A stretch of 63,319 nucleotides of DNA, counting the filler, from Basidiobolus ranarum (Eukaryota), in NCBI GenBank assembly GCA_040143965.1. It is 11 parts of 11 records of this genome, joined end to end, with 100 filler letters (N's around TTAATTAATTAA, not from the genome) between each part and the next. Parts side by side here need not be neighbours in the genome. Positions count along the whole stretch, not along the records: positions 11,571 to 17,251 come from JASJQH010008403.1; positions 17,352 to 23,030 come from JASJQH010008404.1; positions 23,131 to 28,805 come from JASJQH010008405.1; 8 more parts are not named here. One strand, given 5' to 3'. How positions within the stretch are numbered: position 1 is the stretch's first letter; each line of letters opens with the position of its first letter. Positions 12,200 to 24,429 of this stretch are shown here, piece after piece. The notes under the pieces were generated by a model that was not told the DNA's origin, did not search any database, and saw nothing but the letters and a program-made list of their open reading frames with translations. Both the position numbers and the translations under genes were made by a program.

Positions 12200-13564
12200 T
12201 CATATTTCGTGCATCATTAAGCTTAAATCCTCTAGTTCTTCTTCAGACCCAGATGAGAAGATGGTTTGTAAGGAGTGATTAGAACGCACGTGTCCGAATT
12301 CAATACTAATCCATTCTTTCTCTACTCTAAAATAAATCCACAACCAACGTCTAAGAATCTCCGCCGCTTCTAAGATAAATCCACCCGCGATTAGATCCTC
12401 GGATCTCAGACTCTCCGATAGTTTCAACGACCATGTAGTACGCAGGAAGAAATCGATTAATATCGAGATAAAGTACAATGATTTATGATAAATCAGCACA
12501 TCTCGAAGTAGCATTATCCCGGAACCTTTTTCTGCTGAAAAGTTACTAAATAGACCCCAATCCATCACAACATCCCAATAAAACGAATAGAGTGAATTAA
12601 ACACTACCGCCAGCAACCTAAACAGATATGTTCGTAACATCATTTAGCCAGGTAAATTCTTCATCTCAATGTAATTGGTATGGTAGAAATGGAATATTAC
12701 CAAAGTGAGAATAGATGACTATCATCTTGTGATTGACTGTGCATCGAAGCAGAAAGAAATAGAACTGGAAGAGCTGATGCATATTTCCCTGCGTTGGCTT
12801 AAGACTTGTACCCGGTTCCCTTGGTGGTTAAATACTCAGATATACACTGACGGAAGCGGAACAAAAATGGGAGACTTTATGAAGGATTTGTTTGGTAAGT
12901 TTCAACTGAGTACTATTGGAAAAGCTCTTTCCCTCCTCTCCTCCACTTACCTCGTTATAAAAGGGCCCAAAAAGCTCAATTCAAAAGAGCGATATATGTA
13001 TTCAGTGTTGTAATCGGATTTGAAGGAATCAAAAAAAGCGCAAAAAGCATATACTATTCCCACAGTTACTTTCGCAAAACTAGTTAATATATCCGCCAGT
13101 ATAACATCTTCGAAAGTAGGCTCCGAACGAATAGGAGAAAACACTATTCTAATCAAGGAGCTAGTGAAAATATAAAGAACGTTTATATGAGTTTCTCATA
13201 CAAAAAGTACCTAAAGTAAATACCTCAAAAAGATATGCCGCGTTTTCTTATGTAAGAAGTCGAAAGGGCAAAGCGTCAGGAATGTCAACACGATATAGCA
13301 TAAGCCAGTCACAGCTACCCCTTGATAGTTGTGATTCACGACGAACCAGAAGAGCAATAGAAAGCATAGAGTGATTAAGGTGAAAACAAAGGCTATGTTG
13401 TAAAATACTCGATGAGCTTTTCTATCGTTTCTTTCCAGTCCAAATAGAACCTGAACATCTACTCCAGCTTTGTTTAGAAGTTGAACATTTAGGCCCCAGC
13501 ACCATATTCCCAAATTTATCAGAAGCAACGCACGATATTCAATAGGTATCAAGGTGTCTGCCAT
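12200..13564 (-). pseudogene. ERD1: EXS-family (ERD1-like) membrane protein gene with one in-frame TAA; exons 13564-13224, 13160-12951, 12874-12701, 12617-12200
   Basis: Motifs FEDVILADILTSFAKV, SLPFLFRFRQCISEY, ANAGKYASALPV, NSLYSFYWDVVMDWGL and EILRRWLWIYFRVEKEW. Canonical introns. TAA at 12801-12799 inside exon 3. Confidence 0.85.
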
Positions 13565-14129
13565 GAGTGTTGTGTTTGCAACCAAAGTATAGAGGTAGAG
13601 GTATCAATGGCCCTGTGGAGACAATAAATACGGACTTAACATAAACGGATTATAAGCAATTGTTGATAGAATAATGATTCAAGCCAACAGGTCTATTGAT
13701 TGGACACTATTTGCTTCAAGTATGTGCTATGGATCTGATACTAGATGCTGATTGGCATTCAGTGAATTTCCACGAATCACGATAAGGGAACGGTTATTAA
13801 TAAATCCAGTATGTATTACGCCTAATGAAATACAACCAGAGAAGCCAAGCCAAACAACACCGAGGGCTCTTTCCATTCCCAGTAACCATTGGAATTGTCA
13901 TATATGTCAAGAGTTCGAATCTGTCAAGTCATCAGAAATACCTGATGAATGAATGGAAGTTCTCTTGACGAAATCAATACGATAATCAATGAATCAACAT
14001 CGTAACACTAAGTCCACCAAGTGCGTGTAACTTGTTTCTGTAAAATGAAACAGTTAATGAGCTAATCGCCTGATAAAAGCACATCAAGTGAACTCACAAG
14101 TGTTTCTGGCCAAGATATCTGCGCCAATC

Positions 14130-14355
14130 AACTCTTTGCTCGTCTACTTCCAGAGTTGAATTTCTGGTGTATTCATCCCTGTAGAGTGCTCCAGGTGATG
14201 CTAAGGTGACCCCACAGCGACCCCATACATTGACCAGGATTAGCCAGGATGCTAGAGCAGCATGGGACTGGTATTAGAGATCAAGGAGTGCTTGGAATCC
14301 GTCGCTTCAACGCAAACACCAATTGTAATGGCATCTGCCAAATTTTGGCAATCAA
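14130..14355 (+). pseudogene. Alpha-kinase C-terminal relic
   Basis: GTGIRDQGVLGIRRFNANTNCNGICQILAI matches the alpha-kinase tail GxGxGDxGxxGIxxFxxxHxCNxxCxxLxL. Frameshifted LLVYFQS and DP/PHTL remnants lie upstream. Confidence 0.55.
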
Positions 14356-15877
14356 GGGTGCATTATTAAGATACAGTATGCTGTCAGTATTTAATGTATA
14401 CAGCCATAATGGAGAATGCAGCGGAAGATCAACGCCAAAATTGGCATGCAGTGGTAACCATATATACCTTATCTTTGACTAGCGCATTTAGTACGATCAT
14501 TTAATGTTGTGTTACTTCAGTTAGCCATCCAAACAGTTTTTTCCAACTTGTCCAATCTCTAAATCAGATCATGATTGCCATATCCCAGGTAATCATTTCA
14601 TGAGATTCAATGCTGATAATTTATAGTTCGACGGCTAAGGGTCTGGATATTAAACCAACAGCATGCCCGATGGAGCAAGCCTACTGTATAGAAGTCCAAC
14701 TAGGGTAAGTTCTTACGATCGAGATTGAGCATACCCATATCCCGTGACTGTGGAAAATAAACTGGGAATTTCCACTTGGGAGGAGCCAATAAGTGCTTCG
14801 TGTTGAGTGAGCGAGCTAGTGAATGTTTCGTATTCATAATGGCAGTGGTGATCCGTTAACTAAACAATATTGAGTGATGTCGAAATAATAGAAAATCTCA
14901 GTGTTACAAACTTCGTGGTCTAGGAGCTTTGCACAAAGTGACTCGATTGAGCCATGACCAACCATGTGCTAGGTTGTTAGCAATAACCTATTTATGCCTG
15001 TCTTTTTCAATACTTTACTGGAAAGATCGATGTTGGATAATGAAGCAGTGTCACAGCTCAGGGCTCGATGTTACTCCTGGGTAGCCCACGTCATTAGGCA
15101 AGCCTTCGCAAGGTACGTTGAGAATGGAGCAAACAAACTTCAAAAAGCTACCAATGCCTAAATCAGAAAAGTTGGAGGAGCTGCTTTAGGCATATGGCCA
15201 TGTACTCAAGTACATGAATTGCTATCTGCCTCTACAGGGGTAACTTGTTCATAAAGTAAGATTTCACTTACAAATCTGCAGTTGCCTAGGTATTGTAAAT
15301 CAGAAAGCTCTCCACACCTTGACCTTGTTTATTTGGTAATTATGGATCAAAGTTTGCAATGAACCCCATGTTTCAATTTGTCCAAAGCTATCTCTTATGA
15401 AGATACATTCGATCGATGGTTAACTATGGTTTAAAACTACTACTAGTAGCATATATGCAGACATAGACGCTCATCCATATCATCGATGTAGATAAAATAA
15501 TGCCAGATTATGGAGATCATGGACATGTCATCATCTGAATATAATTACATGTATGTTCCTCATGTTTATCACGCTAGCAATATCTGCAGTAGCAAGTAGT
15601 AATACTAATCCTCTCTTGTGTACTAGTGCGCCAACCCGGTAACTATGATTATGTAACACGTTAGCCACTCCAGCATGTCATCTTAAGTAGCATAGATACT
15701 TGCTGGTTGAAATTTCATGCGCCCATTGTCAAACCAACGTAGAGTAGCTATTCAACAACTCATGTTTATTACAGGATTAGTACATTGGATAGGATTGAAT
15801 GACACAGCTCGATAGATATTGTATAAATATAACAGTATAACGATCCAGGAAGCACCTGAAAGAATTCCTCTTCTAAT

Positions 15878-17251
15878 ATGCCGCACACCGATATTTGTAT
15901 TCCGTCAACAAGCAAAAAAGAGCTCCAACAACTTCTTCTGAAGTTGGCTAGTCAACTTACTGATTTGTCAGAGGAAGTAGACGATTTGCTTCCAGACCCA
16001 AATCCTGACGCTGACTTTTCCCAACTCAGGCCGTTCGAGCAATACTTCAAATACATTGCTATCTCCCAAGATTTGGAAAAATTGAATTCTTTATTGCTTC
16101 CCCCGTATCATAGAGTGATGCAACATATTGGCTCTTTCATCGAAACGAAAGCAATTTATATCATATGTAAATTTAAAATTCCCGACTTATTACATACGCA
16201 GCCAATGCCAATCGATGTAATAGCCAAGAAGGTTGGACTAAAGTTAGACCTGCTAGGTAAGGAATCCACATCAACGTTCTATGGTTAACAATGACTGATC
16301 TTATTTTCTGTACAGCCGCCCTAATGAGAATGCTTATTGGGCTAGGATACTTCATCGAGATCCCTGAACCAGGCTCACAAATGTTTGCCAATAACACCTT
16401 CTCCAATGTACTTCGACAATATCACCCCAACTCAGTAAGATGTAGGGCATTGTACTGGTTTGTGACAGCTATTGATTTGTTATTTGTTGACATATGAGTG
16501 ACAAGCTTTTGGTTTAAAGGGGTGAGGAATGGTATCGTTCAATGGGACAGGCGAATGAATTTCCACTTGAAGGTTCTACCGATATTCCCTTCCAAAAAGT
16601 CTATGGTATGGATTTTTGGAGTTGGCTAGATCAGCCAGAAAACGAAGAGAAGCGACACTCCTTTGAGGGAGGTATGATTAGCCAAGATTCCCTAGTCACC
16701 TGTGGACTTCTAGAAGGTCAGTGCATTTGGAAGGAGAGATTACTTATCGGATAAATGGACATCAATATTGACTAATTTCATTACACCAAACCCAGATTAT
16801 GACTGGGACCGTCATAATGGACAAATGATAGTAGATATTGGTAGTGGAGTAGGAGCATTCAGCTACAAACTTCATAAACGGTACCCAGAGCTTAATGGTA
16901 TCCTGTTGGATCGACCGGAAGTAATTAAGGATGCTAAGATGGTGAGGCAGTTCATAATGTGTAGTCCTTTACTTATTCTAAACGTAAATGATTTTAAAAG
17001 ATCTGGGCAAAGGACCATAAGAAATTATTAGATAAGGTTCAATTTCAAGGTGGAAATTTCTTTGAAGCAATTCCCTCTGGCCATGATGTCTACTTCATGA
17101 GATTTGTTCTTCATGATTGGCACAACAAAGAATGTCAGCAAATATTATCGAATGTTCGTAAGGCGATCCCACCCAACGGAACACTTCTAATTGCTGATAC
17201 GATTATTGAGGATCCACCCGGTGACAGACTTGCACAGCAAATGAATGTTTT
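15878..17251 (+). CDS. SAM-dependent O-methyltransferase (Methyltransf_2 family), 3' truncated; exons 15878-16256, 16316-16457, 16520-16716, 16796-16941, 17001-17251
   Basis: Dimerisation region KIPDLLHTQPMPIDVIAKKVG; SAM motif IVDIGSGVG; LLDRPEVI; GGNFFEAIPSGHDVYFMRFVLHDW. The introns are in phase. Confidence 0.92.
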
Positions 17252-17351
17252 NNNNNNNNNNNNNNNNNNNNNNNNNNNNNNNNNNNNNNNNNNNNTTAAT
17301 TAATTAANNNNNNNNNNNNNNNNNNNNNNNNNNNNNNNNNNNNNNNNNNNN

Positions 17352-19181
17352 CCTGACAACGGTATTCGCAATTTTCTAGTCAAACGCATGCAATTATGAC
17401 TAAGACGTACAATATTAGGCAACTCTCACAATCAACTTGCCGTCATTCACACCTATTCTGACGATAAACTTTCAGCAATATATCATTATTTCAGAAGGTA
17501 ACTTGGATTTCGAGGGAGTTTGGAGATTGATTTTAACCATATGCTTTAAGCCTGGCTACGATAGAACCATTTCCTACATCTAAGGACAATGTTGCCCTTC
17601 TGTTTAACAAAGCATTGAAATCACATTTCAAGCATGGAGACGTAGAGCATTGTGCCACTAATGAGAGCCTGTTTGATAAATTCATCTTTCTTCACGGGTT
17701 GTCCTTTATGAAATCAAGGTGACATGCTAATTTTGCTTGACATGAAACCCTTTACTAACTTTTTCTTAGTCATATATCAACAGTCTTTGAACCCACGAAG
17801 TTATCTTTTATAATTAATTTTCAAGAGTCAATTCAAAGTCGAGACTTGTCTCCCGATCAAATTTTGAAGTTGATCGTTATCAATATTATTGGTGTACACT
17901 TATGCGTTGGAAATGGTAAGTACTTCATGATAGTATACCGCGCTATGAGGACATCACAGTAACCCTTTTTTCAACTAACCCAAGTGTTCCATGACAAGAG
18001 AACTTTGACAGGTGACTACAATAAGAGAGCCAGCATCTCAGAAAATCATCTTTTCTTTTTCAATATCGAGGTTTTTATAGCTCTACTCTCGGCCTGTAAT
18101 AAGTCATGGAAGACCGAGTATCTCGAGATTTCGTTACTTACCAGACGGATACTCCCTAGTCTTAGGATTGGGATGAGATGGCTGTTGAATAGTCTTCATA
18201 CTTATGCTCCTCTGATTCCTCAGTTCTCTGACGAAGAAGCTGAAATCATAGAGGAGTTTTTTCAACAATGGGATGAATTTTTATATCATGTTGAGGAATC
18301 AGTAACACGAAATGATTGGAGACTTGATCGCAGTGTACTGCTTAAGGAAGATATTGAGATGCGAGGATTCGAACCGCTCCAAGCTGATCATGACGTACTT
18401 TTGCAAGATCCCGCTAAAATCACCCCCTTAACTGAACTACAAAATCGAATGTGTGAATTTGTTGAGCGAAGGAAGCAATTCTCAAAGTTTAGAGTATGTT
18501 CAATTTGACTTATTTGGGTACTCTTTATATTTAGCCATTACTAACTAGGTCATCTCGTTTATAATAGTTATCTAAATACTGGGGTGCATTTTTCAAGTCA
18601 TATTGGCCGCTTTCTTGCGCACGTTTCCTCAATAGTAGTTACTTTCTCATTGCTTGTGAATTTAGAACCGCTAACTAAGTATCTCTATGATAAAGATCAA
18701 AACGTGCAGGAGTCGACAACCGAGGAAGATGTTTTGAGTGATAAATCTAGCCACAAAAGACGACGTATTAATTCTGATTCTAGCCCAAGTAGTAGTGCCA
18801 CAAGGCATAGGTCAGTTAAAATGACATAACCTTAATCGTTTGGATTGCTCAAGACCTAATGATAATGCCTATATTGTATAATACAGAAAAAGCCCAGAGT
18901 TGATAGTTCAACGAAATTGCTCCTTACCCAAGGATATATACAAGCCTCTATCCGACTCTCCATCTAGTAATGGTAATGATGAACAAGTAGCACAAGCCAC
19001 CGGAAATGCCTTCAATGTTTGGGATCACTTTGGGTGTAGTCCTATATTCGAAAATAGGAATTTCTCTTCGAATTCAACAGAGCCTCACAGATCAAACGAA
19101 CCTCTGGATCCATTAGACCCAGGAGATCCGTGGGTCGAAAACATCTTCCCTCTCTTAAATGAATTCCCATTTGATAACTAA
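17352..19181 (+). CDS. Est1/Ebs1/SMG7-like protein (EST1 DNA/RNA-binding domain), 5' truncated, multi-exon
   Basis: Spliced PDNG-NSHNQLAVIHTYSDDKLSAIYHYFRSLATIEPFPTSKDNVALLF and LLKEDIEMRGFEPL, then a low-complexity tail to TAA at 19179-19181. Some internal exon boundaries are uncertain. Confidence 0.82.
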
Positions 19182-19456
19182 GTGATCGATGGTACTCAGT
19201 ACTTTCGCACGTCTTTAAAGCTTCGAATATTGCAGAGCTTTAAGTCAGAAGAGATTCTCTTTGCAGAGTTTAGTACCCTAATTTCCAAAACTGGTCCATG
19301 TTAGATTTCAAATGGAAGTTTATTTGTATTTATTGGATTGCTAATTTGAAATAAACACAGTATTACTAAGCGATTTTGGATCATATGAATATGCAGTCAT
19401 GATGAATGTCAATTTAAGTCACCAAGTTGACTAGTTATGATTTTTAAACCTTTATC

Positions 19457-20543
19457 ATGTGGATTGGACTGTTGATACTATCTACCATAGTTCCATGGAG
19501 TCGCGCTTGGGGGAGAACAGGCCACCGAATGACCGGTGCCATTGCTGATGCTTTCTTAAGTTCAACTGCTAAAGCACAGTTATTAAGTATTCTACCACGT
19601 GAGAGCAAAGGAAAATTGGAGAATGTTGCTTCATGGCCAGGTAATAGAGAAAATGAATATTTCTAAAGTACTCACGGTAACAAGGTGAATTATCTTAGAC
19701 CAAGTTAAATATGACCCAAACTCTCCCTATTATCAATGGAGTGAAAATTTGCATTTCGTCTCCCCGTTTGACAATCCACCAAGTAAGTAATCTTTTGAAC
19801 TTCTCTTAGGCCTAGTATAAAATTTCTACTCTAGCACACTGTAGTTTTTTGTATAGCCGTGATTGTCCTCACGATTGGTGCATTGTGGGCGCTATGAATA
19901 ATTTCTCGAACATGATAAGCTGTTATAATCCCCTGAGAGAGCAAGTAAATCAAGATGCTGTTAGGTTCGTCACTCATTTTATAGGTGATATCACGCAACC
20001 TCTTCATGTCTGTGGGAGAAGCCGCGGAGGAAATGATGAACTTGCCACTTGGAGGAACGAAACTATAGATTTTCATTGTGAGTACAATGAGAATATGCAT
20101 ATATCAGAGGTCATATCATTAATCCATGTTTTATAGATGTTTGGGACTCAAAAATACTTGAAGAAAGGTTGCAAATGTCGTTCAATAACAGCTTTGAAGC
20201 TTTCCGTGATCAATTTGTCTTCGATATCAAATGGGGGTCTTATAAAGATGTTAAGAAGCAGTGGTTGCGTTGCAGTGGCAATACTGACGAATATACTAAG
20301 AAATGGTTCTTATGTCCCAATGCCTGGGCTCTGGAGACTAGTTTATTGAACTGTGGAAGTTTATGGACAGATTATGATGCTGACGTGACATCTGATCTTA
20401 GTGGAAAATATTATAGAAACCATATACAGATTGTCGAGGAGCAAGTGGCTAAGTCGGGTTATCGGATTGCCCAGATCTTTAACAACATGTTTGAGATATG
20501 TTCTGATAAATATCAGAGTAACCTCTTATATAAGCAAGTATAA
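19457..20543 (+). CDS. Secreted S1/P1 nuclease; exons 19457-19640, 19699-19782, 19835-20077, 20137-20543 (305 aa)
   Basis: Signal peptide followed by WGRTGH; WPDQVK; LHFV; FVTHFIGDITQPLH; RGGN; FHYVWDS. The spliced length of 918 nt is in frame. Confidence 0.93.
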
Positions 20544-21246
20544 GGCTTCATAATACTGACACACTGTAACAATAGCTGTAATTATGAATGTTCTCTTTTC
20601 TTGACCAACTGTACACGGGTATTCAAAAAAATAAAGTAATTGCTTGTGTGGAAGCCTCTTCCTACATGTTTTGCACATCCTAGAAAAATAAGTTCAAATT
20701 GGATAAAATAAAACATTAGAAAGTTTTGGGAGTTTGATTTTTTTGAGATATAAATCATATTGATCTAATATGAACAGTCCAACAACATTTTCAAACCCAT
20801 TCAAAAGTTTGATGTGTTTCATTTGTGGCACACACCAACCAGACCTGGTGTATTATTTTGTCCATGGACACAACCACATGGAAGTAAATTAGCATGCCCT
20901 AAAAATCTGGCCCTATGCAAATAATGTTGTGACCACCAATATTATATGGTAAAGAAAGACTGTGTGTTAAAGAGAACTGAAAACATTCAACTTATCTCAG
21001 GAGATAAATATTTAAAACTTGTATGAAGATGGATTGCATCAGTAGAGAGATCACTAATGAAACATGAATGCAAGATAATTATGCCTAATGTGTAATATAA
21101 AAGAAATTAGATCTCATACTTCCAATATAGGAAGTAGAAGATAGGAAGATAACTTATAATATCATGATTGTGGAAAATGACATAGCTAAGCCTCTATATA
21201 GTTATATAGCTAGCTATCTAAGTTCCACAATTTTATAATTTGATAC

Positions 21247-21527
21247 TGTTGGATAATTAATCTTTGTTCAACATCTTAGTTAACTTTAGTCATGATACAT
21301 ATATCAGAAACTGCATACAAGTTATCTATAACCCCTCTATTCTCATTAAGAATATCTCTATATCTATATACCAAATATGTCTTATTATCCCCACTTATCT
21401 ATCATATCTTATTACACAAACACCTGAATATCTCAAATAATCAATTTACTTGTCTATAATATAAATACTATTGTAAGTTGCTTCTAATATACTAAGTCTA
21501 CCCCCATTATGTCAAGATCCTCCAGCA
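21247..21527 (+). repeat. Copia LTR family 1, second copy
   Basis: TGTTGGATAATTAATC...AAGATCCTCCAGCA aligns with 5920-6236, with an internal deletion. Confidence 0.88.
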
Positions 21528-21900
21528 TGGAAGCAGGGAGTGAATTAGTGACATATATCCAAAAGGAGTGTATAAATATTCCAACATTCAATGCACAAGA
21601 TTTCCGTGAATGGACATTCAAGATGCAACTTGTGGTTGAAGGGAAACATGTCTGGGAAGTAGTTCAATGAGATGAAGAAGAAGAAGCCTCTGAAGCAGAA
21701 TGTACCGATTCTGGTACTGAAACAAGGAAGCCAACATATGAAAAAGCTAGGCCAACCTTCAAAGAAAAAGATAGATTGTCATTTAGGTAAATATGTCTAA
21801 AACTGGGATCATAGCAACTTATGCTAGTAAGAGATGCTGACTTTGCCAAGAATGTATAGGAAGCCTAGTGGAACATCATGAGCAAAGACTTGTATTCTAT
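21527..21900 (+). mobile_element. Copia gag N-terminal fragment
   Basis: IPTFNAQDFREWTFKMQLVVEGKHVWEVVQ* matches the copia gag N-terminal (DUF4219-like) motif. Confidence 0.8.
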
Positions 21901-21949
21901 CAGTGATTTTGATGACATGATGGCAGCTTCTTGAAGGCATTGTGACTGT

Positions 21950-22586
21950 TATGAAACATGATGAAAATTGATCCTCTACATTTGGCATCCTCTATTCAAT
22001 TTCCAACAATTTCTGGAAAAAACCAGTTTTTGAATGCCAAATACCAGGTTTCCTACTACAGAAATTTCAATTATTCTGGATGCATTTATCAAGATATTTG
22101 AGGGTTTGTATTCCTGTCATTGTGAGAATCAAAAAATACAGAAATCTTGTTGTGTTTAGTCTCTGTGTATGCCATTCTTGACTGGATCAGACATAACTCA
22201 AAAACAGCATTATGCTTTGCCAGCAAACTAAGGGTGAAAAATTGCTGCACATGTGAAATTTAGCATACCACTGACAATTTGCAAATAGATGACTCTGGTT
22301 ACCATTGTTAATGAGATTAAGCTCTTTGATTTTGGTAAATTTCAGTAAAGAAAGCTAAAATATCCTCAACTTACAATCAATAAATGCTTGCCATAGGTAG
22401 ATGTGTCATTGCCTGAATAGAGTACCCCATGGCAAAAACATTAATGCTGCATATATTGATCTATGTCACCAAGAAGTCTGTCTTGGAGTTCTCCTAGAAG
22501 TACTGTCAGATTAGCACAAGAACAAAATAGTCCAAATTATAGAGCCACTTGCTCTTTGTCTATGGATTGGGTTTTGTTGCTGTTTG
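21950..22586 (-). mobile_element. CACTA/EnSpm-like transposase 3' fragment
   Basis: Nucleotide similarity to 38680-39270 and 59130-59730. Confidence 0.75.
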
Positions 22587-23130
22587 CTAACAGAAATTTG
22601 AAGATTGCTATCATGAGAAAATCATTTTAATGTGGCATTGGGGTTTTAACTTAATTATTCCAAAGAAAGCTTAATCTGAATGCAAATCTCCAGCAAAGCT
22701 GAAATTCTTATATTTTTCACTCTATCTTTAGAGGGCAAAGATATACTATAGTTTGCCAAAAGCTTGAAGCATTTCTGCAAAAAAAAATAAAGAGTCTTCA
22801 ATACTACAAGGGTAGATATAACTCTAGTGGTTTCTCTATTTATTGGGAAAATATGGGTTGTTTGGAGGAACTTTAGAAAAGTGGAGTTGTGAATAGCTTT
22901 GTGAGATAATTGTTTATTGTCCAGAAATAAAGCATTTATACATTTTGGTGGAAATACAGAAAACTAACACTGGGGTTGTGTTCAGAACATCTGTGGGAGT
23001 AAAATGAGCTATTTTTGGGGCAATTTGGACNNNNNNNNNNNNNNNNNNNNNNNNNNNNNNNNNNNNNNNNNNNNTTAATTAATTAANNNNNNNNNNNNNN
23101 NNNNNNNNNNNNNNNNNNNNNNNNNNNNNN

Positions 23131-23350
23131 CAAATATTCAGGTATTTAAGAGAAACTGTAGACCTAGTTCTGGAATACTCTGCCACTCCTGATGCACAAA
23201 TATTGAAGGCAATAGTGATGTAGACTGGGGAAGAAACCTTGATGATAGAAGAACAACAGCTGGGTACACTTTGCTCTATGGTAATGAAGCCATAACTTGG
23301 AATAGTAAGAAGCAACCAACCATAGCACTTTCCACTACACAAGCAGATCA
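23131..23350 (+). mobile_element. Copia RT/RNase H fragment
   Basis: IFRYLRET and SDVDWGRNLDDRRTTAGY...ITWNSKKQPTIALSTTQA. Confidence 0.9.
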
Positions 23351-23409
23351 AACTGACACAATAAGGAACTAGACCAGGACAGGTAACAGAGACAAGAGGC
23401 TGGAAAGCA

Positions 23410-23711
23410 TATTCTGATCATTTAGCACAGAATTCTGTGATTGAAGTATGTGTGTTTATTGCTCTAATTTATAGAAATATCAATTCAATCACTTTTACCA
23501 ATTTTCACTATTTTCTCAAAACTTGTCCAAATCAGCTCAAATTTTCACCCAGGCTTAACAAGCATGTTTGTTAAGATCTAAGCATTTCTAATAGTCCTGT
23601 ATCTAAGTAAACAAAAAATAGGATATATTTATTTCAGTAAAACTTAAGTTCCTAAGTCACTACTCCAAATATTGTTCAAAAAACTTCTAAATGCCTTAAA
23701 CACTTTTATCA
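23410..23711 (+). repeat. Copia LTR family 2, partial copy
   Basis: Aligns with 25600-25904 and with the reverse complement of 24050-24320. Confidence 0.7.
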
Positions 23712-24044
23712 ATTACCCACCATGAATGGACAGGGAGCTTGTGGCTTTCATTTGCTTCATTCTGGCCCAAATTAACAAAGTTTAAGTGATTTCACTTTGG
23801 CTTCCATTGGTTTTGACACAGGTTTGTTAATCTCCATATTGTAACATTTCAGGTTGTCTATAATCAATGTATACTTCTTCAGGAGAAGTTCTAGTTGTGC
23901 CTATTTCTCTTGATTTAGATTTGTAGCAATTAGCTTAATTCACACATATGACTCATCAAAAATTAGTTTGCCAAGATCGTTTTGGTCATATAAAGTGCTC
24001 CTAGATAATTAGTGACTTTGATCAGGTTACCAACATATAGTGCC

Positions 24045-24364
24045 AAGGCTGCTAGAAGTGCTCAGGGGATTTAAAAGTGTTTTAGATAATATTGAATTTG
24101 GGAATTAGATGCTAAAGTTTTGTTGAATTGTATAGGTCCCATTTATAGTTCACCATGTAACAGGACTCAAGCATGGGTGAAAGTTTGAGGTGATTTGGAA
24201 AAGATGAGAGAAAATAGTGAAAATTGATAAAAGTGATGTAATTGATAATTCTTGCAATTAGAGCAATAAACATACATTGTTCAATAGCTGAATTTAGTGC
24301 TAAATAATCAGAATATGAGTAAGATAACACTAAATATTAAGTCGCTACTTACCTAATTTCAACA
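24045..24364 (-). repeat. Copia LTR family 2, 3' LTR of the minus-strand element
   Basis: Starts TGTTGAAATTAG on the minus strand just downstream of the RNase H end; homologous to 25554-25904. The distal end is approximate. Confidence 0.7.
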
Positions 24365-24429
24365 TTCCTACACAACTAATTATTTTATATCTCTGTTATA
24401 TTTTACTTATATCTGAATAATTCAAGTCA

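Noticed and set aside
15878..20543. O-methyltransferase, Est1-like gene and nuclease as a gene cluster
   Set aside because: A linker at 17252-17351 separates unrelated contigs.
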